Source of the DNA: an uncultured Flavobacteriales bacterium | Lineage (GTDB): Bacteria; Bacteroidota; Bacteroidia; Flavobacteriales_G; Salibacteraceae | Length of the DNA: 64,000 nt | Reading direction: 5' to 3' | NCBI GenBank assembly: GCA_963925495.1 | Contig: CAWUST010000006.1 | Coordinates: forward strand, 78,247-142,246 | Part shown: piece by piece, positions 1 through 10,464 of the stretch | How positions within the stretch are numbered: the first letter of the stretch is position 1 | How the letters are laid out: each line of letters begins with the position of its first letter | The notes under the pieces: model-generated | Told to the model about the DNA's origin: nothing | What the model saw: the letters and a program-made list of their open reading frames with translations, nothing else | Database searches by the model: none | Position numbers and translations under genes: made by a program

Positions 1-149
1 AAATTGGCAACGCCACCAGTAGATTTTACTTCACTAATATAACCCCAAGTACTGCTTCCTGCAATAGGGGTGCAGTATTGAGCAACAGTATTCATTCCCA
101 TAAAAAGGAACACACTTAATACTAACGATATTGAATATTTTTTTTTCAT
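1..149 (-). CDS. Secreted protein, N-terminal fragment (gene runs off the window start)
   Basis: ATG at 149-147 on the minus strand. Reads MKKKYSISLVLSVFLFMGMNTVAQYCTPIAGSSTWGYISEVKSTGGVAN..., a signal-peptide-like N-terminus open to position 1. Absent from the ORF track because it is truncated. Confidence 0.4.
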   Translation of the reverse strand, partial: MKKKYSISLVLSVFLFMGMNTVAQYCTPIAGSSTWGYISEVKSTGGVAN

Positions 150-173
150 ATCTATAATTTTTATTTTAAATTC

Positions 174-3100
174 TTATTTAATGGAAATTTTACTGGAATA
201 AATAATGTTGTTTTTTGAATATACATGTATCATATATATACCCGTTGAAACATTATCTCTTAAATCTATTTCGTATTTAGAACCTGAGTTAAGTCCAGTT
301 TTCACAAATACCACTTTACCATCAACAGCAGTTACCTTAACATTTAATGTTTCAGTAACTAAATCAGAAGGAATTTTTAAATTAACCAGTCCATCACTTG
401 GGTTAGGATAAACACGCAGTCCATTTGAGTTTAACAACTCATTCATACCGATTGTTTCCAAATTAACCTGATCTACCAAAGTACTATCGCCACAAAAAGC
501 TGAAGAAACTGTTAAGGTAACGTTATAAACTTTGTTCGCAACGTATTTGTTAAGAGTATTCCAAGCTGGACCGCTTATTGTTTTACCATCTCCAAAAGCC
601 CAAAAGTAATTTGACCCAGTTTTATCATCTGCAATAAAATTCACATTGTTTTGATTTTGAGTCCAAGTGAATTTAGCAGACGGAATACTAATTACAGTTA
701 AGTCAAATGTATCAGAGCTAGAACATGATTTTGCATCAAGATAAAGAACCGAATATTTTCCAGCTGAATCTGCAAATATTTTAGTAGCAGTAGAAAAAGA
801 AATTCCGTTTCTAAACCAAGTATAGCTTCCCCCTGGAGTTCCAGGGTCAAGTTCTACCGTTTTACCAAGACAAATTGAAGTATCTGATCTCAAAGCAACT
901 GATTTTGAAACAGTGACTTCTATTGTATCAGCAGAAACACATGCATCTGAATCAACAACATTTACAATATAACGACCATTACTTTTAATTCCAACACTTC
1001 TAGTTGACATACCATTGTTCCAACTGTAAGAAGCATTACTCAAAGAAGCCATAGAGATTAAAGTATCTCCACCACAAATATTGGTATCGTTACCAAGCTT
1101 TACTAAATCATTATTTATTACGTTAAATAAAGCAGTATCTGCTCCACAAACACCAAGTGCAGTAAGAGAGTAAGTGCCAACAGAAGTTGTGTTAAAAGTT
1201 TGACTTGAATCTTGGTGATTCCATATTACAACATCATTTGCGCCTTTGGCAACAAAAAATGAAGCAGTATCACCTTTACAAACCCTCTGATCTGCTACAG
1301 TAAGTCCAGATATAGCAGAATATTCAAATGCTCCTGGATCTGGAGATTTTGGGTCACGAAGGTTTCCATCAAAATCCACGACGAGACCAAAGCTTTGACC
1401 TATGTTATCGGCAAGCTTACTACACATCTTCAAATCATTATCACTTCTGAAAATTGGGTTATCCGATACGGAATTTGCATCAAATCCAGTGTTTGATTGC
1501 CAAGAGCTAATTGATTGTTGATTACTGCCATTAAAGGACCCGATGTTTCCTGAAGAATACAACAAGTTTTTATCCATTTTTAAAACAGAACCAAGTCCAC
1601 TAACTAAAACGGCGTTTCCGGTAGCTGACATATTTGCAAACACGTTATTTAAAATAGTGTTGCCACTAGAATTAATAACCATAAATGCATTTGAATTAAT
1701 GTTATTGCTTTTCATAGAAACTGAATTAGAAACTACGTTAAAAAACCCAACGTTATCAAGAGCAATACCTCTTTTAGCTTCACCAGCTGCAGAAAGTGTA
1801 TCTCCAATACTAAAACTATTAGTAGAGAATAGATTCTGCTTATTGCTTGTTCCACTAGAGTTTTTGACCAAAGCACCATATGTAGGCCAAACAGCTTGAC
1901 GTTTAATGTAGTTTCCATAAATCTCAACATAACCTGCTGTTTCATCAACTCTAATTGCGGCAACACCTGCAAATGTGCTGTTAGATTCCATGGTGTTTTG
2001 CGAAATTTTTGATCCGTCAACATACATCAACCAAATACTAGATCGATTGTTATTCTTGAATTTGCTTTTAGTGAAATTAATATTGCTATGCAAAGCACCT
2101 TTATCGCCTTCCAAATGAGCTGCCCAAGATCCACCTTCAAATTCACAATTATTAAAAGATATGTCCGAAACACGATCTTTAGGTCCAGAATATACTAAGC
2201 AAGCATTAGTGCTTCCGCCTGAATACTTGCTTGAAATATTACAATTGTCAAACGTGATATTTCCTGAACTTTGTTCTAATGAAATAACTCCAGAGTAAGA
2301 ACCAGCAGAAGCATTGGTAATGCTGAGGTTTTTTACAACAATGTTGCTTCCGCCTTTAAATTGCAAAGCATAATTATTAACGGAATTAGTTGAAACATCA
2401 TAAATGGAGCACAAAGTTTTGTCTCCGCCTTTAGATTCAAAAGTCACAACTCTTGTTGGGCTAGAAGAGTAGAAACTATAAATTGGAGTGTTCGCCATAT
2501 GTGTAGTGTCATATAATTCAAATATTACATTGGCGCAAACACCTCTTTTATTTAAATCCATGATAGCAGAATCCAAAGTAGCATAGTCAGGAGAGCTAGG
2601 TCCACCTACAGTGTATGTTCCTTGAAGACCGGCAATTAATTCATTATACAATGAATCATTCACATCGTTACTATCTAAAACACCGTTAGGCATTGAAGTC
2701 CAAAATTCAACAGTATCTCCAAACGAAAAGGTTTGAAAGTAAGTTAAGCTAATAGTATCAAATTGATTAGGTTTTAATAATTTATTGAATTTTAGAGGTA
2801 CTTGCAACGAATCGTTCACTTTCCAATTAACAATACAACTATCCAAGTCTTTTGTTCCAAAATTTGTAACAACTGCAGTTACCGAGTTAGATAAACCGCT
2901 ACAAACTGGAATTCCAGGTTTCACAAGTCCAGATACACCTGCGTCAAAATTAAATTCAGGAGACTCGATTACCTCGATTTCTCTAAAATTAATATTACTC
3001 TGTTGACCGCCTGCATCCACTTTAAAAGCAGTTAATCTAAATTTTGTAGATTTTATACGATTAAATTTAACACTATTGATACATTGAAGAGGTAAGTTAG

Positions 3101-3452
3101 AAAATTGATGAGCAGTCACCCATCCACCATTCCAATATTGCAAAGTAGCACCATTCATGAATCGTCCATTAGTCTGGCCATGATGGAATATAATTTCATC
3201 AATTTGTTTAGAGCTTGTAAACTCCCATTGAATCCATTCTACTCCAATTGTACTTGAAGGAGGAGTAGCGGTTCGCAGCCACATTTCTTGTGTACCACAA
3301 GTACCAAAGATAAGGTTATTAAGTTTTCCGGGTCCATACCCTGCACTCATGTATGAATCTGTAAAAGTTGCTTGAGGAGCAATGTTTGTCTGAGCGTTCA
3401 TTGAAAGCGCACTGAACAAAAGCATTGTTACTCCGAGTAGAATTTTTTTCAT
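174..3452 (-). CDS. T9SS-secreted surface protein: discoidin-like N-domain, parallel beta-helix repeats, PKD-like domain, Por/T9SS C-terminal sorting domain
   Basis: 1092-aa ORF with signal peptide MKKILLGVTMLLFSALSMNAQ. Repetitive N/S/G-rich beta-helix-like segments (NLSITNASAG, ISFNNCEFEGG). PKD-like FWAFGDGKT...YNVTLTVSS. C-terminal LRVYPNPSDGLVNLKIP...GIYMIHVYS fits the T9SS CTD pattern. Confidence 0.8.
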   Translation of the reverse strand: MKKILLGVTMLLFSALSMNAQTNIAPQATFTDSYMSAGYGPGKLNNLIFGTCGTQEMWLRTATPPSSTIGVEWIQWEFTSSKQIDEIIFHHGQTNGRFMNGATLQYWNGGWVTAHQFSNLPLQCINSVKFNRIKSTKFRLTAFKVDAGGQQSNINFREIEVIESPEFNFDAGVSGLVKPGIPVCSGLSNSVTAVVTNFGTKDLDSCIVNWKVNDSLQVPLKFNKLLKPNQFDTISLTYFQTFSFGDTVEFWTSMPNGVLDSNDVNDSLYNELIAGLQGTYTVGGPSSPDYATLDSAIMDLNKRGVCANVIFELYDTTHMANTPIYSFYSSSPTRVVTFESKGGDKTLCSIYDVSTNSVNNYALQFKGGSNIVVKNLSITNASAGSYSGVISLEQSSGNITFDNCNISSKYSGGSTNACLVYSGPKDRVSDISFNNCEFEGGSWAAHLEGDKGALHSNINFTKSKFKNNNRSSIWLMYVDGSKISQNTMESNSTFAGVAAIRVDETAGYVEIYGNYIKRQAVWPTYGALVKNSSGTSNKQNLFSTNSFSIGDTLSAAGEAKRGIALDNVGFFNVVSNSVSMKSNNINSNAFMVINSSGNTILNNVFANMSATGNAVLVSGLGSVLKMDKNLLYSSGNIGSFNGSNQQSISSWQSNTGFDANSVSDNPIFRSDNDLKMCSKLADNIGQSFGLVVDFDGNLRDPKSPDPGAFEYSAISGLTVADQRVCKGDTASFFVAKGANDVVIWNHQDSSQTFNTTSVGTYSLTALGVCGADTALFNVINNDLVKLGNDTNICGGDTLISMASLSNASYSWNNGMSTRSVGIKSNGRYIVNVVDSDACVSADTIEVTVSKSVALRSDTSICLGKTVELDPGTPGGSYTWFRNGISFSTATKIFADSAGKYSVLYLDAKSCSSSDTFDLTVISIPSAKFTWTQNQNNVNFIADDKTGSNYFWAFGDGKTISGPAWNTLNKYVANKVYNVTLTVSSAFCGDSTLVDQVNLETIGMNELLNSNGLRVYPNPSDGLVNLKIPSDLVTETLNVKVTAVDGKVVFVKTGLNSGSKYEIDLRDNVSTGIYMIHVYSKNNIIYSSKISIK

Positions 3453-3569
3453 AAATTTCTGTTTAATTAATTATTTACCCATTAAAGAGTGCCAAATATA
3501 GCAATAAAAAAATATTGACGAAACATTTTTAAAAAATGTTAAGTAATTGCTAACTTATGCGCTTCCAAC

Positions 3570-6500
3570 TTATTTAACGATATTTATAATTTGTGGTTGG
3601 GCATCATTTTTTCCAACAACCAAGATTCTTTCATTGTCACCTATTTGTATGATATCCATTGCTTTAGAATCTCCATTTATATATAGTCCTGTTTTTATAT
3701 AGGGGCTTGAAATCCATTTATTCGCTTTGCCGTGTATTAATACTAAACCAATTGAAGCATCAGCTCGAGGAGTTTCTACTTCTGATGAAAATAAATTTCC
3801 TGTTAAAATTGCATCTTTTTCACCATCTTTATTCAAGTCAGTTAGTATAATTGAATTGACCATGGAAAACTGAGCTTCTTGAGGAAGGTTGGAAATCTTA
3901 AACTTTCCATTACCTAAATTTTCAATAAAAACAGACGAAAAATTAGTCGCTTTATAATTTAATGCCTTTTCTAATTTATCCCCATATACATCTTTAATAG
4001 TGGCAGCTGCAAAATCATTATAAGTAGGGAACTTCTCCTTAATAAACGGCATTTGGTCAGAACTGCATTGACGACCTCTTACAGGGTAACAAGCTCCTTG
4101 TTCGTAATAACCCAAAACAATGTCTAGTGTTCCATTATCGTCAAAATCATGACACCAGATCTGGAACGGGGCTTCTTTTGTCGTTTTGTATTTGTAATTC
4201 AAGCCTAGGTTTCCAACCATAAAATCGACATCTCCATCATTGTCCACATCTTCACAAGCTAAACCACTCCACCAGCCGATTTCTTTGGCGAGGTTATTTT
4301 CCTTTTGCCAAGTTAGTTTCCCGTTTTCATTTTTCATAAGCATAATAGGCATCCACTCTCCTACAACAATTAAATCCAAATCATTGTCGCCGTCATAGTC
4401 CACCCAACTGCTGTTAGTAACCATTCCTGGCTTTTTAAGTTCCGGAGCAACCTTTGATGTCACATCTTGGTATTTCCCATTTTCGTATTTCAAGAGATAG
4501 CTATTGGGCGCAAAAGGGTATGTGCCAGGAACTACTCTACCACCTAAAAATAAATCGAGATCACCATCATCGTCCATATCTCCGGCAGAAATGCTTTTAC
4601 CACTAGAATTTATATTCGGTAATACGCCTTTTGTTTTTTTGAATTTTCCTTTACCTAGGTTTTCATAAAGACGGTCGGCGTAAAATTGATTGTTGATTCT
4701 ATATTCATAACCTCCACTTACAACATATAAGTCGTTGTCGCCATCTCCATCGAAATCAAAAATAAGCGCTCCAATATCTTCGCTCATTCTATCTGCTATT
4801 AGAATTTCTGGAAATTGTTGAGTAAAAGTGCCTGATGAATTCTGAAAATAGATTACTCCTGCCTGTTCCAAAGCACCGCCAATATATAGGTCTTCCAATC
4901 CATCTCCATTTAAATCTCCTTTAGCCATTCCAGGGCCCATTTTGGAGTTACCATGTGGCAATAATGATTCTAATTCAAAGTCGTCAAATTCATTTTCCCT
5001 ATGTTTAAATTTAACACCTAAATTATTTTTGGTTTCGGCGAACAAGAAATTTTTAGAAATATCTTGTTTTACCGTTGGTTGTGCATTTTGCTGATTTATT
5101 TTGGCAATTACATTCACCGCTGATTCTGATTTGCTTTGGGTACCATTTAACCAAGTTACTTCAATTTGTACTTTTCCATCATATTTTCCAAGACCAAAAT
5201 GAAGTTTAGGTTCTACCGATGAAATGTAGCCTCGAGTAGGTTGAAATTGTTGAGTTTGAGTTCCTTCTGAAGTAGTTACCCTGACCATTGCTCCTGAGCA
5301 TTTTGCTTGAATTTCAGTAAGCTCCACATCTATATAATTATTGTTTAGCTGTTCTGCATTATTTTTATAAACCCATGCAAACTCTTCCATATTATTCATT
5401 ACAAGATCTAAATCTCCATCTCCGTCTAAATCTCCAAAAGCTGAACCCTGAGTAAAGCCTTTGTTATGAAGCCCCCATTCATATGTTTTCTTTGAAAAAG
5501 TATAATCACCGTTGTTTTTAAAGATATAGTTTGCTAAAGGCGTACTTGGAGTACTAGTAAAACGATCCATTTGCTCTGCATCGGTTAAATCGTCTAATTT
5601 GACATATTTTTTACTGATTCTTCTTGTAAAGTCATTATCTCTGTCATCGAGTCGGTATCCATTAGTAACCAACAAATCCTTAAATCCATCATTGTCAAAA
5701 TCTGCAAAAAGTGGTGTCCAACTCCAATCCGTACTTTGAATTCCAGCAATCTGAGCAATTTCTGAAAAGGTGCCATTTCCATTATTCAATTGAAAACTGT
5801 TATACATATATTGATGAGGCAAACCAAAACGCACAAGTTCATTGAAGAACAGAGGATTCATTCCACTCATTTGTGTTTTAGTTCTTATATGATCTTCCGC
5901 TGACATATCAAGGGCAAGAATATCTAGCAAACCATCATTATTAAAGTCAGCAATATCATTTCCCATACTATACAATGCAATATGATTAGTTCTCTTCTTT
6001 ATTTCTTCTTGAAATGTGCCATCTCCTTGGTTCATATACATAAAATCTGGCGAAGAATAGTCATTTGAAATATAGAGATCAATGTAGCCATTTTGGTCTA
6101 AGTCTCCAGCAGCAACACCTAATCCATATCCTCCAAAAATCTCTAATTTTAGTCCAACTTTATCTGTGATATTTTTGAATGTTCCATTTACATTTTCGTA
6201 AAAATGGTCTCCGCCTAGAGGGGCATTTTTATAATTATCTCTGTCCAATCTTTTTGTCGATGACCAAGAGTTTGGATGGTTAAGAACAAAAAGATCCAAG
6301 TCATCATCATTGTCAAAATCAATAAAAATACTTTGAGTTGTCCACCCGGTATCCGCAATTCCCATTTCTTCTGCTCTGTCTGTAAAGGTCAAATCGCCAT
6401 TATTAATTAGCATTACATTCTTTTTGTTTTCTGCGGTATTCATTCCACCCTTACTTACATATATGTCAATAAAACCATCGCCGTTTATATCTACTAGACA

Positions 6501-6887
6501 TACTCCGTTACTCCATTCCCCAGACATTTCAGTACCGGATTTTTTAGAAATATCCTCAAATTTAAAGTCCCCCTTGTTTAAGTACAATCTATTATCAACT
6601 TCATTTCCTGTGAAATAGATATCGTTCTTTCCATCATTATTAAAATCAGCAATTCCAACTCCACCACCATTGAACTGATATTGAAATTTGTAAAATTCAA
6701 TTTCTCTTTCCAGTGTAAAATCGTTTCTAAATGAAATACCAGTTTGTTCAGGTTTCAGTAACTCAAACAATTCTTTATTAACCGTTTCAGTTTTGACCTC
6801 AGCCTTTTTAATCGATTTTTTATTATCGTCACAAGAAGTCACTATTAGGAAAATTACTAATAGCGAAAGTAAACTTGCTTTTTTCAT
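3570..6887 (-). CDS. FG-GAP/VCBS-repeat lipoprotein with ASPIC/UnbV-like segment (CRTAC1-like)
   Basis: Many Ca-binding-type repeats (DINGDGFIDIY, DFNNDGLLDIL, DLDGDGDLDLV, FDFDGDGDNDLY, DVDNDGDVDF). Start moved to ATG 6887 (MKKASLLSLLVIFLIVTSC, lipobox Cys), which removes the overlap with the upstream regulator gene. Confidence 0.8.
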   Translation of the reverse strand: MKKASLLSLLVIFLIVTSCDDNKKSIKKAEVKTETVNKELFELLKPEQTGISFRNDFTLEREIEFYKFQYQFNGGGVGIADFNNDGKNDIYFTGNEVDNRLYLNKGDFKFEDISKKSGTEMSGEWSNGVCLVDINGDGFIDIYVSKGGMNTAENKKNVMLINNGDLTFTDRAEEMGIADTGWTTQSIFIDFDNDDDLDLFVLNHPNSWSSTKRLDRDNYKNAPLGGDHFYENVNGTFKNITDKVGLKLEIFGGYGLGVAAGDLDQNGYIDLYISNDYSSPDFMYMNQGDGTFQEEIKKRTNHIALYSMGNDIADFNNDGLLDILALDMSAEDHIRTKTQMSGMNPLFFNELVRFGLPHQYMYNSFQLNNGNGTFSEIAQIAGIQSTDWSWTPLFADFDNDGFKDLLVTNGYRLDDRDNDFTRRISKKYVKLDDLTDAEQMDRFTSTPSTPLANYIFKNNGDYTFSKKTYEWGLHNKGFTQGSAFGDLDGDGDLDLVMNNMEEFAWVYKNNAEQLNNNYIDVELTEIQAKCSGAMVRVTTSEGTQTQQFQPTRGYISSVEPKLHFGLGKYDGKVQIEVTWLNGTQSKSESAVNVIAKINQQNAQPTVKQDISKNFLFAETKNNLGVKFKHRENEFDDFELESLLPHGNSKMGPGMAKGDLNGDGLEDLYIGGALEQAGVIYFQNSSGTFTQQFPEILIADRMSEDIGALIFDFDGDGDNDLYVVSGGYEYRINNQFYADRLYENLGKGKFKKTKGVLPNINSSGKSISAGDMDDDGDLDLFLGGRVVPGTYPFAPNSYLLKYENGKYQDVTSKVAPELKKPGMVTNSSWVDYDGDNDLDLIVVGEWMPIMLMKNENGKLTWQKENNLAKEIGWWSGLACEDVDNDGDVDFMVGNLGLNYKYKTTKEAPFQIWCHDFDDNGTLDIVLGYYEQGACYPVRGRQCSSDQMPFIKEKFPTYNDFAAATIKDVYGDKLEKALNYKATNFSSVFIENLGNGKFKISNLPQEAQFSMVNSIILTDLNKDGEKDAILTGNLFSSEVETPRADASIGLVLIHGKANKWISSPYIKTGLYINGDSKAMDIIQIGDNERILVVGKNDAQPQIINIVK

Positions 6888-6894
6888 AATTCTG

Positions 6895-8061
6895 TTATTT
6901 TGGATTCGAGTATTTAATAATGTCATTTCCTTCGATTTTATCACTGCACAATATAATAAGTCTTTCAATAATATTTCTTAGTTCTCTAATATTTCCTGTC
7001 CAGTTTGTTTCTTCTAGTTTTTTCAATGCATCTTCACTAAGTGTTTTTTCTGGCATTCCCATTTCGCGACAAATTACCTTAACAAAATGATTGCTGAGTA
7101 ATTTTATATCTGTTTTTCTATCGTTAAGTGAAGGAACTTTAATCAATATTACACTTAGCCGATGAAACAAATCTTCTCTGAAATTTCCTTTTGCAATTTC
7201 TTCCAATAGATTTTTGTTGGTTGCTGCCAAAACTCGAACATCTACTTTAATGTCTTTTTCGCTTCCTACTCTTGATATTTTGTGTTCTTGTAGTGCTCTT
7301 AATACTTTTGCTTGAGCGGATAAACTCATATCACCTATTTCATCCAAAAATAAGGTGCCATTTTGAGCTTGTTCAAACTTGCCTTTTTTTGTCTTTATAG
7401 CGGATGTGAACGCCCCTTTTTCGTGTCCAAATAGCTCGCTTTCAATTAATTCAGAAGGAATTGCAGCGCAATTAACTTCGACAAACGGCAGCTTTTTACG
7501 ACGGCTTTTATTGTGTATTTCTCTTGCAACTAATTCTTTTCCAGAACCATTCGACCCGGTTATAAGTACCCGTGCTGAAGTGGGAGCGACTTTGGCTATC
7601 ATTTCGTGCACTTCTTTTATTGCGTTGCTTTCACCAATTATGCTTCCCCCTTTAAATGATTGTACCTTTTTGCGTAGGGTCTGTGTTTCTTTTACAAGTT
7701 TTTCTTTTTCAAGTCCGTTTCTTACAATTACTAAAAGTCGATTTAAATCTAAAGGTTTTGCCAAATAATCGTAGGCTCCTTTCTTAATGGCTTCTACTGC
7801 AGTTTCAATATTGCCATGTCCAGAAATCATAATTACATTTAAATCTGGTCTAGATTCAAATGCCATTTCTAAAAATTCTAATCCATCGAGTTTTGGCATT
7901 TTCACATCACAAAGTACTAAGTCGTAGTTGGTTTTACGAACCATAATTATGGCGGCCATACCGTCCTCTGCTTCTTCAATAATATGTCCTTCGTATTCTA
8001 GAACATCTTTCAAAGCGTTTCTTATGCTTTTTTCGTCGTCAATAACTAAGATTTTTGCCAT
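6895..8061 (-). CDS. Sigma-54-dependent response regulator (receiver + AAA+), lacking a C-terminal HTH
   Basis: Receiver domain with acceptor Asp in LVLCDVKMPKLDG. AAA+ sigma54-interaction domain with Walker A GSNGSGKE, GAFTSA loop and Walker B LFLDEIGD. The protein ends about 16 aa after the AAA+ domain. Confidence 0.85.
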   Translation of the reverse strand: MAKILVIDDEKSIRNALKDVLEYEGHIIEEAEDGMAAIIMVRKTNYDLVLCDVKMPKLDGLEFLEMAFESRPDLNVIMISGHGNIETAVEAIKKGAYDYLAKPLDLNRLLVIVRNGLEKEKLVKETQTLRKKVQSFKGGSIIGESNAIKEVHEMIAKVAPTSARVLITGSNGSGKELVAREIHNKSRRKKLPFVEVNCAAIPSELIESELFGHEKGAFTSAIKTKKGKFEQAQNGTLFLDEIGDMSLSAQAKVLRALQEHKISRVGSEKDIKVDVRVLAATNKNLLEEIAKGNFREDLFHRLSVILIKVPSLNDRKTDIKLLSNHFVKVICREMGMPEKTLSEDALKKLEETNWTGNIRELRNIIERLIILCSDKIEGNDIIKYSNPK

Positions 8062-8068
8062 AATTAAA

Positions 8069-9409
8069 TTAACCGTTATTGTACTTCAACCATTTCCAAA
8101 GTTCTTTGTAAGAAGTTTTGCCAGACATTAAAATACCAACACGGTAAATTTTTGCAGCAAACCAAACGGCCGCGAAGGAGCCTAATATTAATAGGCCCAT
8201 ACTTAATGCTACTTCCCAAATTGGAATGCCACCATCACCAACGCCAAGCGCTACCCTAACCAACATTATTATTGGTGAAGTAAGGGGGAATATGGACAAC
8301 CAAAATGCTATTGACCCTTCTGGGTTTTGGATAATTGTAGTTGCAAAAACGTAGGCCAGAATCAGAGGGGAGGTAATAGGGACCATAAATTGCTGGCTGT
8401 CCGTTTCGTTGTCAACTGCTGCTCCAACTGCAGCAAATAGAGCTCCGTAAAGAAAGTAACCACCTAAAAAGTAAAAGAAAAACAAGGCAATCATTACGGG
8501 CCAATTTGTACGGTTAATTATATTGTTCGGGTCTAACAATCCGGTTTTGTCTCCATTGCTTTGCGCTTGTAATTCTTGCGATATTTCTGGCGTTGTTTGT
8601 ATTTGTTCTGTAATTTGATCCGCTGAATAATAGGATTCTAAAATTGTAGCTTGAGCTATTCCAAAAATTCCTAAGGTTAGGATAATCCATAATGCAAATT
8701 GAGTCAGACTAACCAAACCAACACCAATTATTTTACCCATCATTAAATCAAAAGGACGAACAGAGGTAATTATTACTTCTACAATTTTGCTGGATTTTTC
8801 TTCAATTACTCCGCGCATTACTTGGACGCTGTACATGAATATGAATAAATAAATCAAAACTCCAAATCCAAGTCCAATTAAGGTTTTTCCCTTATCCAAA
8901 TTTTCTTCTTCGCCAGTTTCACTGTATTTTATAGCGTTTAAAGTAAAATTAGTTTTAACCGCCCTAAAATCGTCGGGGTCAATTTTGTACTGAAGAAGTT
9001 TTAATTCTTCAACCACACCTTCCACTTGATCTTCAATGCCCCTAATAACAGTTCCGCTAGGTTGTTTTTTGTAATACAACATAGCAATATTACCGGCTTC
9101 AATATTTTTAGGTATGTAAAGTATGCAGGTATAATCTGACTCATAAAACATTTCTTTGGATTGTTGTAAATCCATGTTATTGGCATAATTAAACTTTATG
9201 TTTTTAGTATCTTGAATATTGTTGAATGCTGGTGCTTTTTCGTCAATAATCAGTACCTTATGATTTACATCTTCAGTAATGCTCAACCAAATTACAGCAG
9301 CCAACCCTAGTCCAATAACAAGCGGCCCTAAAAGGGTAATTAGAATAAATGACTTCTTTTTTACACGAGTTAAATACTCTCTTTCTATTATTAGTGAAAT
9401 TTTACTCAT
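8069..9409 (-). CDS. ABC-2 family transporter permease (NatB-like)
   Basis: 446 aa. One N-terminal TM helix, a large soluble loop, then a cluster of C-terminal TM helices. ATGA 4-nt overlap with the ATPase gene. Confidence 0.75.
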   Translation of the reverse strand: MSKISLIIEREYLTRVKKKSFILITLLGPLVIGLGLAAVIWLSITEDVNHKVLIIDEKAPAFNNIQDTKNIKFNYANNMDLQQSKEMFYESDYTCILYIPKNIEAGNIAMLYYKKQPSGTVIRGIEDQVEGVVEELKLLQYKIDPDDFRAVKTNFTLNAIKYSETGEEENLDKGKTLIGLGFGVLIYLFIFMYSVQVMRGVIEEKSSKIVEVIITSVRPFDLMMGKIIGVGLVSLTQFALWIILTLGIFGIAQATILESYYSADQITEQIQTTPEISQELQAQSNGDKTGLLDPNNIINRTNWPVMIALFFFYFLGGYFLYGALFAAVGAAVDNETDSQQFMVPITSPLILAYVFATTIIQNPEGSIAFWLSIFPLTSPIIMLVRVALGVGDGGIPIWEVALSMGLLILGSFAAVWFAAKIYRVGILMSGKTSYKELWKWLKYNNG

Positions 9410-10356
9410 GATACCTCTTCCAATGTTTCGTTATTAATTTCATTTACCCTTTGAATAAACACATCGTTCATCGAAGGTATTTCTTCATGTAAGGCATGTA
9501 TTTCAACATGAGGAAGAAGTGCTTGTAATAAATCATTGGGAGTTTTATCATTCAGTAATCGAACTTTGGCAGTTTCAAAATTCCCTACTTTTTTCGATTC
9601 TATTAATTCAGCGTCAATCCAAAGTGCTTGAGAGAATTTTACTTTATCGCCTATAAACGAAACATTAAAAATATTTTCTTTTCTTGCTTCTTTTACTTCT
9701 TTCACACTTCCTTCAATAATTTTTCTCGATTTGTAGATTAAAGCAATGTCATCGCAAATTTCTTCAACTGATGACATATTGTGAGTAGATAAAATAATTG
9801 TTGCTCCATTTTCTTTCAATCTCATTATTTCGTCTCGAATAAGTGTGGCATTAATTGGATCAAAACCAGAAAAAGGTTCATCTAGAATTAAAAGCTCAGG
9901 CTCATGAAGTACAGTAACGATAAATTGCACTTTTTGCTGCATTCCTTTTGAAAGTTCCTCTATTTTTTTATCCCACCAATCAGTTATTTCAAATTTATCG
10001 AACCAAAATTTCAAGAGTTCCATTGCCCTTTTTTTAGAAAGGCCTTTAAGTCTTGCAAGGTAAAGGGCTTGTTCGCCCACTTTCATTTTTTTGTACAATC
10101 CTCGTTCTTCAGGAAGATAGCCAATGGTCGATTCGTGTGAAATATTTAGAGGAACCCCATGAAAGAGAATTCGGCCTTCATCAGGAGCTGTTATTTGATT
10201 AATTATACGAATTAAGCTCGTTTTTCCGGCTCCATTGGGCCCAAGTAATCCGAAAATCGTATTTTTTGGTATGTCAATGGAAATATTTTCCAAGGCTGTA
10301 TGCTTTGCATAGCGTTTTGTAACGCCTTGAATTGACAAAATTGTTTCTGGGTTCAT
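9406..10356 (-). CDS. ABC transporter ATP-binding protein (NatA-like)
   Basis: Walker A GPNGAGKTS, signature LSKGMQQK, Walker B LLILDEPFSGFD. Confidence 0.9.
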   Translation of the reverse strand: MNPETILSIQGVTKRYAKHTALENISIDIPKNTIFGLLGPNGAGKTSLIRIINQITAPDEGRILFHGVPLNISHESTIGYLPEERGLYKKMKVGEQALYLARLKGLSKKRAMELLKFWFDKFEITDWWDKKIEELSKGMQQKVQFIVTVLHEPELLILDEPFSGFDPINATLIRDEIMRLKENGATIILSTHNMSSVEEICDDIALIYKSRKIIEGSVKEVKEARKENIFNVSFIGDKVKFSQALWIDAELIESKKVGNFETAKVRLLNDKTPNDLLQALLPHVEIHALHEEIPSMNDVFIQRVNEINNETLEEVS

Positions 10357-10362
10357 TTACTA

Positions 10363-10399
10363 TAAAAAATAAGCGCCGTTTAGTATTTCTAAACAGCGC
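10363..10399 (-). terminator. Rho-independent terminator after dnaJ
   Basis: On the minus strand, GCGCTGTTTAG-aaata-CTAAACGGCGC (11-bp stem, one mismatch) followed by TTATTTTTT. Confidence 0.6.
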
Positions 10400-10464
10400 T
10401 CAAATATAATAACCTGAGAGTATTAATAAAAGGACTCGGGTCAATAAGTATTATGACTTTTATC

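Noticed and set aside
6888-6968. N-terminal 27-aa extension of the VCBS lipoprotein ORF
   Set aside because: It would overlap the 3' end of the regulator gene by 74 nt. The internal ATG at 6887 gives a canonical lipoprotein signal peptide.
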